In this document: piece after piece, positions 22,315 to 29,458 of the stretch
How the letters are laid out: each line of letters begins with the position of its first letter
Numbering within the stretch: the first letter of the stretch is position 1
Source of the DNA: Acutalibacteraceae bacterium
Lineage (GTDB): Bacteria > Bacillota > Negativicutes > Veillonellales > Dialisteraceae
Direction of reading: 5' to 3'
Length of the DNA: 29,458 nt
NCBI GenBank assembly: GCA_963619995.1
Contig: CAVEYT010000001.1
Coordinates: 1-29,458, forward strand
Notes under the pieces: generated by a model
What the model was told of the DNA's origin: nothing
The model's input: the letters and a program-made list of their open reading frames with translations, nothing else
Databases searched by the model: none
Position numbers and translations under genes: made by a program

Positions 22315-22862
22315 TTGGTAAGCCTCCCGAGCTGATAATCAAGTTCATGCAGGAACCGCTGATTCAAAAAAGCGGAGATTTGCGGCGTCAATCTTCCGAG
22401 CACTTCCTCATTCCCGATCATGGTGGGGATGGAAGGTCCGAAAGGAGACTTGACAGGATACCTTGCCCCCGTCTTTCTCAGCAAAACGCCTTTATACCTC
22501 GCTTTTTCGTTTTGATACAGGCCTTGGACAGGTTTCAGCGCGCCTTTTTTCAAGACTTTCGCCTTCATCGGGCCGCGCCGCGATTTTGTGACTTTGAAAG
22601 AAACGAGCGGAAGCGGTGAGCCGGTGGAAACCACGCTCGCGGACAGCGAAGCCTTCGTCGCTTTTTTCTTTTTCAACGAGCTCTTCACGTCGGCCGCTTT
22701 CACGATGTAGCGCACGCGCGTTTCTTTGGAAATCAGCGCGGCCGTCTTCGTCACGGTACGGTTGATGGCACCGATGGCGGCCTTCACGGTCTGCTTCGGT
22801 GCCGACCGCATCGCTTCTTGTGCCGCCGCTGCCGCTTTCTCGTCAAAGTTGATTTCAATCAT
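22311..22862 (-). CDS. Neck/minor tail protein, lambda gpZ-like
   Basis: Basic; AINRT...Y.VK, PLVSF, GPSIPTM, RFLHEL. Confidence 0.75.
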   Translation of the reverse strand: MIEINFDEKAAAAAQEAMRSAPKQTVKAAIGAINRTVTKTAALISKETRVRYIVKAADVKSSLKKKKATKASLSASVVSTGSPLPLVSFKVTKSRRGPMKAKVLKKGALKPVQGLYQNEKARYKGVLLRKTGARYPVKSPFGPSIPTMIGNEEVLGRLTPQISAFLNQRFLHELDYQLGRLTK

Positions 22863-23185
22863 CTGTCATTCGCCTTTAGTCGTATCGTCAAAATGCCCAT
22901 GTTCTCGTCCACGGCATCAACAATAAACGGCTTGTCGTCCACCATGAAGAGCCCTTGTCCACTGACGGGGATTTCGTCTAAATCCTCCGTTCGGCAATGA
23001 AGCTCAACCGTGGTGCCGTACAGGTCATAATCGGGATTGGCGCTTTCCGTCAATTTCCCCGACGTGGATATTTCTTGTAGGACGGCGCGACATTGTGAGC
23101 CGTTCACGTCGTGCCATTCCGCGAAATCATCTAAATCGATGAAAATATCGCGGTCGTCGGTGACGATTTGGTCATGGAGACTCAT
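22859..23185 (-). CDS. Head-tail joining protein (FII-like)
   Basis: IFIDLDDFAEWHDVNG...GILTIRL; follows the DUF2190-like gene. Confidence 0.65.
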   Translation of the reverse strand: MSLHDQIVTDDRDIFIDLDDFAEWHDVNGSQCRAVLQEISTSGKLTESANPDYDLYGTTVELHCRTEDLDEIPVSGQGLFMVDDKPFIVDAVDENMGILTIRLKANDR

Positions 23186-23514
23186 TTTCCGGCGTCGAGC
23201 TTGACGGAGACGACGCCATTTGCGGAGTCAGCCGTCGCAATGCCGGCGCAGACAGCCGTCGTGGACGTTTCTGCCACGGCCGCATCGGTCTTGGTGTCCC
23301 AATAGACAGCTGCGCCCGCTTTGATGGTCGCCGCCGTCGGAAGCCCAAAGACGCCGACGATGGCAACGGAACCCGTCTCGCCGATGGCGATGCTTTCCGT
23401 CGCCACGCCGACGACGGAGCCAATCACCAATACCTGATGATAGGCGATATCGGCCTTGGTGGCGTTGGTGTAATCAATCAGGTCACCTTTTTTTTCGTAG
23501 CTTGCAATAGCCAT
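23182..23514 (-). CDS. DUF2190-family capsid cement/decoration protein
   Basis: GDLIDYT...GVA...GETG...GVF...GAAVYWD...V.VKL. Confidence 0.85.
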   Translation of the reverse strand: MAIASYEKKGDLIDYTNATKADIAYHQVLVIGSVVGVATESIAIGETGSVAIVGVFGLPTAATIKAGAAVYWDTKTDAAVAETSTTAVCAGIATADSANGVVSVKLDAGK

Positions 23515-23532
23515 TTTTTACCTCCTCGAAAA

Positions 23533-25353
23533 TCACTTGCCGGAGCTCTTGTAGAGAGCGCGGAAATCAAGCAGATTGACGCCGAAATCATGGAAAATCT
23601 GATATTTGATGCCGAGCACGTCGGAATCGACAAATGTCCGCATCGTCGGATTTTCCGCGCCGTTCAGATACGTCACTTCAATGCCCGGAAGGATGCCCGG
23701 CGCTGCGACGAGATACCATTCTTCGGCGCTCGACAGATTCGGATCGGCGACGACGGTCAATTTGTTCGCGAAGGGATTCGGATACGCATTGTTCTTCGTC
23801 GGATCGACAGCGGAAGCAATCAGCGTCGCCGCTTCGACTTCGAGTTCTGCCGGGACGATCAAATACGCCGGCTGCAGATTGAGGAACGTCTTGCCGGACG
23901 GGTCTTTCTGCTTCGCCATAGCCGTTTTGGCCGCTTTCAGCGATTCGATGGAAATAGCGCCCGAGCCGAGGTTTCCGTTTTTCGCGGAGAACATCGCGCC
24001 CGCTGCCAGAAGTTCATAGACCTTCTTATTGATGGTGCGTTTCGCTGCTGCGCCATACATGGCCGGGAGACGGGTGAGCGCGGACAGGTCATCGTTGATG
24101 ATGGCTTTCCGAGTCAGCGTCCATTCACGGCCATAGGTCGTGATATTCGTGACCTTCCCGTAATCGGTGGATTCCGAGGACGTAAATTCGCCGCCTTCGG
24201 TCATTTCGACGAGCTCATCCGCTGCGCCGAGGCCGACACGGGTGGCCGGTTTGAAATCCGGATTGGATCCCTTCGCTGTCCAATACTGGAACGTGGAGGG
24301 AACTTCTTCGTAGGCCTTGTCGAGCGCTTTGTGCGCTACGTTTGCCATGATGTTCGGGAATGCGCCCGTGCCGCCGGAGAATACGGAACGCATGAGCTCA
24401 TCCTGTGCGATGTGCGCGGATTTGCCGTTTTCGCGTTCATAGATGTCTTCCATAAGACGGAGCAGGGACATGCCGCGGAACTGGTCGGCACCGTCCGCCG
24501 GTTTCTCGACGGCGATACCGGCACGCAGCGCGATTCCGTCGACCGCTGCCGCGCGGAATTTATCGCTTTCATCCGCTGCCACGGTCGCCGTCTGCGGCGC
24601 ACGTTTCTTGGCAAGCTCGGCCAAGACAGCGGCGCGGGTTTCTTCGACGCTGTTTCCTGCGGAAATATAAGCGTCGGGCGCGATGTCAAAATCACGGCAA
24701 AGAGCGGTGATTTCGGCGGTGCGCTTTCTTTCCGCGTCAATGGCTTCGGCGCGGATCTGTTCTTCGTTGAGATTCTTTTCTTCCATCTCTTTTTCTTCCT
24801 CCTGAGACTGAATATCGGAAATTTCTTCCGTTTCTATCGACCGCCCCACGCCGACACTCGCATCGGCAGGCACGGATACGATGCTGATTTCCAAAGGCTC
24901 CCACTTCGTCGCAATGAGGGCGGGACCCGTGAAGCGACCATCCTTACTGATTTCGTCTTCTTCGAGCTCTTCCCACTCGTGAATGCGATAGCCGACGGAG
25001 ACGCCCTTCAAGGAGCCGCTCAGCACCTTTTGATAAATCTTTTCGGACTCTTCGTCCGTATCGAATTTGACGAGCGCATGACCGCGATGGTCTTCTCCGA
25101 CCCACACTTTCAGAATGCCGCCTATCGGACGGCCGGCGTCGTGATTAAAGAGCATGGTCCCGATTTCCTCGAGCCGCGTCAGGTCGCAAGCGCCGTCGGC
25201 GTGGTCCAGTATTTCGGGGCCGAAAAACCGTTCATACGGCTCTTCGCTCGAAAAGCTCAGCTCCACGGTGCGCTCCTCTTCTTTGGCTGCGTCAGCTCTC
25301 GCCGCCATCTCGCGATTCATAACCATGCCGTGTAAATACTCATTCTTGTCCAT
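23533..25353 (-). CDS. Prohead protease - major capsid protein fusion
   Basis: N-terminal ERTVELSFSSE, LFNHD, GVSVGY, WEPLEISIVSVPAD (HK97-type protease); AERKR scaffold-like linker; capsid motifs TYGR...TRKAIINDDL, LIVPAEL, DFG...DFR. Confidence 0.92.
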   Translation of the reverse strand: MDKNEYLHGMVMNREMAARADAAKEEERTVELSFSSEEPYERFFGPEILDHADGACDLTRLEEIGTMLFNHDAGRPIGGILKVWVGEDHRGHALVKFDTDEESEKIYQKVLSGSLKGVSVGYRIHEWEELEEDEISKDGRFTGPALIATKWEPLEISIVSVPADASVGVGRSIETEEISDIQSQEEEKEMEEKNLNEEQIRAEAIDAERKRTAEITALCRDFDIAPDAYISAGNSVEETRAAVLAELAKKRAPQTATVAADESDKFRAAAVDGIALRAGIAVEKPADGADQFRGMSLLRLMEDIYERENGKSAHIAQDELMRSVFSGGTGAFPNIMANVAHKALDKAYEEVPSTFQYWTAKGSNPDFKPATRVGLGAADELVEMTEGGEFTSSESTDYGKVTNITTYGREWTLTRKAIINDDLSALTRLPAMYGAAAKRTINKKVYELLAAGAMFSAKNGNLGSGAISIESLKAAKTAMAKQKDPSGKTFLNLQPAYLIVPAELEVEAATLIASAVDPTKNNAYPNPFANKLTVVADPNLSSAEEWYLVAAPGILPGIEVTYLNGAENPTMRTFVDSDVLGIKYQIFHDFGVNLLDFRALYKSSGK

Positions 25354-26854
25354 TCTCTGGATCCCCTCCTTCTCCACCTACTGGGTGGTTTGAAAGTGCC
25401 GCCTGCACAGATTCGGGCGTATGAATGCCAAGTGTCAGACCGAGCGATTCGGCCATTTCTTTTTCTTTGGCCATCTGCTCCAATTGGTCGCGCCAGTCGG
25501 AGCCGCTTTCGGCGCACTGTTGGCTCAGTGTCATCGTGCCATTCTTAAGCGCCAGAATGGCCGCCTGCATTTCTTTTTCCGGGTCGATAGACTGCCAGCC
25601 CGGCGCAATCCATTCGGCGCGGTGGTAGCTTTCTTTTGCCGCCGCATAGTTCGCAACGTCAAGCGCCCCTGACAGCGCGACGGAATCTAGAAACGCGCGA
25701 TACACCGGCTCACAGAAATGCGTGATGAGCCAGTTCTGCATCGGCTTGAATGTCTTCCGGTCTTCCAAGTTTCCCTGTCTGGCCGCGCTGTAGGACGATT
25801 GATTAAAATCGCGGCTCACCATTTCGTAGGAGAGGCCGCAGCCGCTGCCGATAAGACGTGTGTAGAGTCCCGTCATATCCGTCGCCGTGGAAGAAGAGCG
25901 CCCCGGATTGGCCGCTTTGATGTCTTCTCCCTCCGCCAGGCGAATAATCATGCCCGGACGGACACGCTCGACGGGTTTTCCTTCGATGTCCGTCAACATA
26001 TCATCCGATGTGAAGCGATTTCCTACGCCTGCGCCGTAATTGGCCTTGATGATGAAAATGGAGTAGCAGGCCGCCATGTAGGCCGCCATATTTTCGGCTT
26101 TAAGATATTCCTCCAGCTCGCGAATATGCGTCGCTACTTTTGCCAGGTCTGAAATGCCGCGAATCTGGTCAGGATGCGACTTTGTCCACAAGTGCAGAAT
26201 CTCTTTTGCGGGGATTCTTTCGCTTCCCGCCGTTTCCCAGCCGTCGGCGTTCTTCTTTTTAATCCAATACGCCAGCGGCCGGAGTGTGTCATCGAGCTCG
26301 ATGCCGCCGCGCACCACGTTCTTATTCGGCGCGCGAAGCATGGTCTCATCGAGCAAGTCCGGGCGGATGAGCTGCAGCTTCATCGGAAATTTCTTGTCGT
26401 GCGTCCATACCAATTTGACGAGGATTTCCCCGTCGACGGTCTTTCGCTGCACGATCATTCTCTGAATTTCGTAGAAATCCATCTGTCCCGTGATGTCGCA
26501 GTTCTCCGGTCTTGTCCATTCTTGGAAAAGCGTCTCAATCTTCGCGTTCACGTCTTCATCGGCGGACCGCGCCTGTGGGCGAATGCCGGTATTGACGACG
26601 TTTCGCACCATGGCCGAAATGATGGAATTTGTGATGTCACTGTTTCGCTCCAGACTTCGCGCCCGCGCCCGTATCAAATTGCGCTCGCCCTGCTCTGCGT
26701 TCTCTTGGTCTGACAGGTCGATGGGAAGCCAGCGGTGATTGTGCCTATTGACTTCTCCCGCACTATAAAAACGCTTGAGCGCGTCGCGCTGCATGGCACG
26801 CACGGCCGCTTTTTCCGGGGAAATATACGCAATGACTTTGTCTAAAAGGTTCAT
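25340..26854 (-). CDS. Portal protein, lambda family
   Basis: RARARSLERN, GIRP, DGE, QIRGIS, SYSAAR, IDPEKE. Confidence 0.93.
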   Translation of the reverse strand: MNLLDKVIAYISPEKAAVRAMQRDALKRFYSAGEVNRHNHRWLPIDLSDQENAEQGERNLIRARARSLERNSDITNSIISAMVRNVVNTGIRPQARSADEDVNAKIETLFQEWTRPENCDITGQMDFYEIQRMIVQRKTVDGEILVKLVWTHDKKFPMKLQLIRPDLLDETMLRAPNKNVVRGGIELDDTLRPLAYWIKKKNADGWETAGSERIPAKEILHLWTKSHPDQIRGISDLAKVATHIRELEEYLKAENMAAYMAACYSIFIIKANYGAGVGNRFTSDDMLTDIEGKPVERVRPGMIIRLAEGEDIKAANPGRSSSTATDMTGLYTRLIGSGCGLSYEMVSRDFNQSSYSAARQGNLEDRKTFKPMQNWLITHFCEPVYRAFLDSVALSGALDVANYAAAKESYHRAEWIAPGWQSIDPEKEMQAAILALKNGTMTLSQQCAESGSDWRDQLEQMAKEKEMAESLGLTLGIHTPESVQAALSNHPVGGEGGDPENGQE

Positions 26855-27069
26855 CAATCCATCCCCCTATCGGCAAATGTCACGCACAGCCCGCCGCTTT
26901 CTGCATCGGCGATTTGATTTTGCAGCGCCGTCTCGCGGTCATAGAGTGTTTTAAGGTCAGCTCGCGTTAAGCGCCTGTTTCCGATGGTATATTCCTGCGC
27001 GCCTTCCTCGATTTTGGAAATGGCCAGCTGCACGCTTCGTAGTCTTTTCTTGAGTTCGCTGATGTCCAT
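26854..27069 (-). CDS. Head-tail adaptor, gpW-like
   Basis: AISKIEEGAQEYTIGNRRLTRADL; between terminase and portal. Confidence 0.8.
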   Translation of the reverse strand: MDISELKKRLRSVQLAISKIEEGAQEYTIGNRRLTRADLKTLYDRETALQNQIADAESGGLCVTFADRGMD

Positions 27070-27077
27070 GTGGCCTC

Positions 27078-28880
27078 CTACATATCAAAATCCGGATAGT
27101 CTAAATCCGGGTAATCGTCTCTGTATTTCTTCTCCGGCTTCGGCTTTGGCGGCTGTTTCGGCTCTTTCTGAAAATACCGCACGCCTAAGAGTTCCGCTGC
27201 CAGCGCATTATTCGTTTCCACGTCTAGCATATGATTCTGTGCGTGGCTTGATATCGGCTCCCACGAGAAAGTGATGTGGCCTTTCTTGTCTTGGTGCTGT
27301 ACCTTTTGCTCGGCGCAGATCATGTCGGCATAGCGCCGGTCGCATTCATCATACAAATTCCAGCTTCCGGGACGCCCCGCTCCGATGGTGAGCCGCCCCG
27401 CAATGAAATCTTTGAGTTGATTCGTATCGAAAACGTACAGCTTCAAGCTCTTCATCGCGCCGATGGCCTTGTCGATGGTATTGACCGAGTAGAGCGTCGT
27501 CATCCGGCGACTGCTCCCTTTCGTCGGAATGGCCAGCCCCAAATGCTGCGTGCAAAATAGATAAACTTCGTCCGTATGGAAACCGGAGTCGACGCAGCAC
27601 AGATTGACCCGCCGCACTTCTCCGTTTTCGTCTGGATATATGCGATTGAGCCATTCCTCGACGTCTCCCCATGTTTCCACACGTCCGTAATCAATCAGGT
27701 AGCTCGTCATCGACGCGCCCCAGCCGCGCACGCCGACCCAGAAATGGTCCAGCTGCACGTCGACGCCCATTGTTAGGACTTGCACGTCATTCGGTACAAC
27801 GCCGCGATGGTACGGTTGGCGCTTATTCAAAACGATGTCGCTCCTCATGGAGTCGGCCTTGTCGCGCCACGGCTCCGCCAGCCAGCTGTTCACGAAATTC
27901 ATAAGCAGCTCCGGCGTATCTTTGACGGAAAGGAACTTCGACGCGATATCGCCGAAGGTGACCCACGGCGAATACAGAGAAGACAAATGAAACGCTACGG
28001 AACGGACGCGATGTTTCTTATCATCCACCCGCCGCCATTCGCCTTGGCGTATCATCTCGATTTTGTGCGGATCGTCAATGTGCTCCTTGCAATGGATGCA
28101 TTCGTAATGCGCCGCGTACAGCGCGTCTTGTGGTGTCGCGCCTTCCGGCCACTTCACCTGCTTCATTTCCAGCTCTTGAAAATACCCGCAATACGGACAC
28201 GGCACGAAATATTTGTATTGCGCGTCTGCTCGAAGCCACGCCTGCCAGATGTTTCCTATTTCCAGCGTCGGCGTCGAGACGCGCACGAGTTTTCGATTCC
28301 AGAATGTCTTCGTGCGTTCCGCTGCCAGCTCCATCGGACTCGCTTCGTCGCCCGTCCATTTCGGAAATTTGTCTATCTCGTCGAAAAAGACGTATCGCAC
28401 GGGACGGCTCGAGAGGTTTGCCGGGGAGTTGGCGCCGATGAGGGCGATATACATGTGGGGAAACTGCAGCTCGAGCCGCTGACTTTCCGTTTCCAGAAAC
28501 TTTTCGGCCAGCGGCGGCGATAGTCGAAACATGGGCTGCAGCCGATTCTCGCTCGTAAATTCGGCGAGTTTGTCCGTCGGATAGACAATCATCATGGGGC
28601 CCGGGTCTTGGTCGATGGCGTAGCCGATCATATTTTGCTCGGCGCTCGTCTTGCCGACCTGCGTGCCCGCGCAGAAGGTGATGTCTTGGATGCGCTTGTC
28701 GCAGAATGCGTCCATGACGCCTTTGAGGTACGGTGTCTTGGATGTCTGCCACGCGCCCGGCGCCGCCGTGTCTTTTTCGGACAGGATTCGGTATTTGTCC
28801 GCCCATTCGGACACGGTGATTTGCTGCGGAGGACGGAATACGGAGAGCGCCGCCGAGATGTATTTCGGATAGGCTTTCAT
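27078..28880 (-). CDS. terL: Terminase large subunit, lambda gpA family
   Basis: VSEWAD, TPY, QVGKT Walker A, FFDEIDK Walker B, STPT, VPCPYCG, GVDVQ, DSG, NHMLD. Confidence 0.96.
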   Translation of the reverse strand: MKAYPKYISAALSVFRPPQQITVSEWADKYRILSEKDTAAPGAWQTSKTPYLKGVMDAFCDKRIQDITFCAGTQVGKTSAEQNMIGYAIDQDPGPMMIVYPTDKLAEFTSENRLQPMFRLSPPLAEKFLETESQRLELQFPHMYIALIGANSPANLSSRPVRYVFFDEIDKFPKWTGDEASPMELAAERTKTFWNRKLVRVSTPTLEIGNIWQAWLRADAQYKYFVPCPYCGYFQELEMKQVKWPEGATPQDALYAAHYECIHCKEHIDDPHKIEMIRQGEWRRVDDKKHRVRSVAFHLSSLYSPWVTFGDIASKFLSVKDTPELLMNFVNSWLAEPWRDKADSMRSDIVLNKRQPYHRGVVPNDVQVLTMGVDVQLDHFWVGVRGWGASMTSYLIDYGRVETWGDVEEWLNRIYPDENGEVRRVNLCCVDSGFHTDEVYLFCTQHLGLAIPTKGSSRRMTTLYSVNTIDKAIGAMKSLKLYVFDTNQLKDFIAGRLTIGAGRPGSWNLYDECDRRYADMICAEQKVQHQDKKGHITFSWEPISSHAQNHMLDVETNNALAAELLGVRYFQKEPKQPPKPKPEKKYRDDYPDLDYPDFDM

Positions 28881-29404
28881 TTGTACCTCAGCTCCTTACC
28901 CGCTGCCAGTTTCTCCAGTGCGTCGCGCACGGTATCGTCGACGACTTTTCCCGCCGTGACCGCGATGTCCGGGTCTATCGCGACGAGGTCGGCCGAGATT
29001 TTATTTCCCAGCCCCATCAGCGATTTTTTCAGGGCAGAAAATAAGCGGCTGAGGTCCTTGGTGACCTGTGCCGCTTCGATATATCGTTTTTGCGTGACAT
29101 CGAGCCGGATTTGTTCGAGCGATGCCTTCGCTTCTTTGAGGTCGGCTTCGGCTTTGAGCTTCCGGGCTTCGGGACTTTCCTCGCTTCTGTATTTCCATTC
29201 GACGAGAGCTTGGACGTCCCATTTCCCGTATCCGACTTTCGGCGCGCCGGCCTTTTCCCAATTCCGGATGGTCTCATCCGAGACACCAAAGAAAGCACAA
29301 GTTTCTGACGTGCTCCGGATCCACCACAATTTGGGAGTTTCGGTCGATTCGCCTTTTTTACGTGCGCGTTTAATAGGATGCGCCGTTTTCCGCTTCCTCT
29401 CCAA
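28877..29404 (-). CDS. terS: Terminase small subunit, Nu1-like
   Basis: HTH CAFFGVSDETIRNWEKAGAP; coiled coil EARKLKAEADLKE; ATGA coupling to terL; TTG 29404 preferred by RBS spacing (track start 29413). Confidence 0.85.
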   Translation of the reverse strand: MERKRKTAHPIKRARKKGESTETPKLWWIRSTSETCAFFGVSDETIRNWEKAGAPKVGYGKWDVQALVEWKYRSEESPEARKLKAEADLKEAKASLEQIRLDVTQKRYIEAAQVTKDLSRLFSALKKSLMGLGNKISADLVAIDPDIAVTAGKVVDDTVRDALEKLAAGKELRYK

Positions 29405-29458
29405 AACTTCCAACTCCTTTTTTTCGATTTCATCCGGACATTTTTTGGGGTCGCGGAC

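Larger units (their letters stand above)
1..29458. mobile_element. Temperate phage genome segment (immunity/integration, accessory, lysis, DGR, contractile tail, head and packaging modules)
   Basis: Continuous phage gene set: repressor, integrase, endolysin/holin, baseplate J/W/V, sheath, tube, tape measure, capsid, portal, terminase. No host housekeeping genes. Confidence 0.97.

Noticed and set aside
23437..25335. 632-aa + strand ORF
   Set aside because: Antisense shadow of the protease-capsid gene; no RBS or recognisable motifs. Long antisense ORFs are common in GC-rich coding DNA.
29415..29458. Possible cos/packaging site upstream of terS
   Set aside because: Expected here for a lambda-like terminase, but the window ends and no cos sequence can be identified.

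Overview
A 29.5 kb stretch of a temperate phage with a contractile tail. The host is inferred to be a diderm Firmicute (Negativicutes-like) from Firmicutes-style promoters/RBSs plus spanin-like genes and a catalytic-domain-only endolysin. Left end (+ strand): XRE/CI-like repressor, an AbiD/AbiF-family HEPN gene flanked by two promoter-driven structured small RNAs, a palindrome cluster, a tyrosine integrase and an apparently intact attP, suggesting the excised/circular form. Then on the - strand: a small accessory operon (39-aa type I toxin-like peptide with antisense RNA, AcrIC5-like anti-CRISPR, 47-aa membrane protein, small HTH protein, acidic 135-aa protein); a lysis cassette with two nested spanin-like genes; a complete diversity-generating retroelement (target with VR, hairpin, avd, TR, RT; 10 of 12 VR/TR mismatches at TR adenines); tail fibre, baseplate, tape measure, tube and sheath genes; and a head/packaging module (protease-capsid fusion, lambda-like portal, gpW, terminase). 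The most novel-looking signals are a DGR spacer segment that mirrors the VR 3' tail, the Acr/TA operon, the AbiF flanking RNAs and the nested spanin pair. Family assignments come from motif recognition and recall; no database searches were run.
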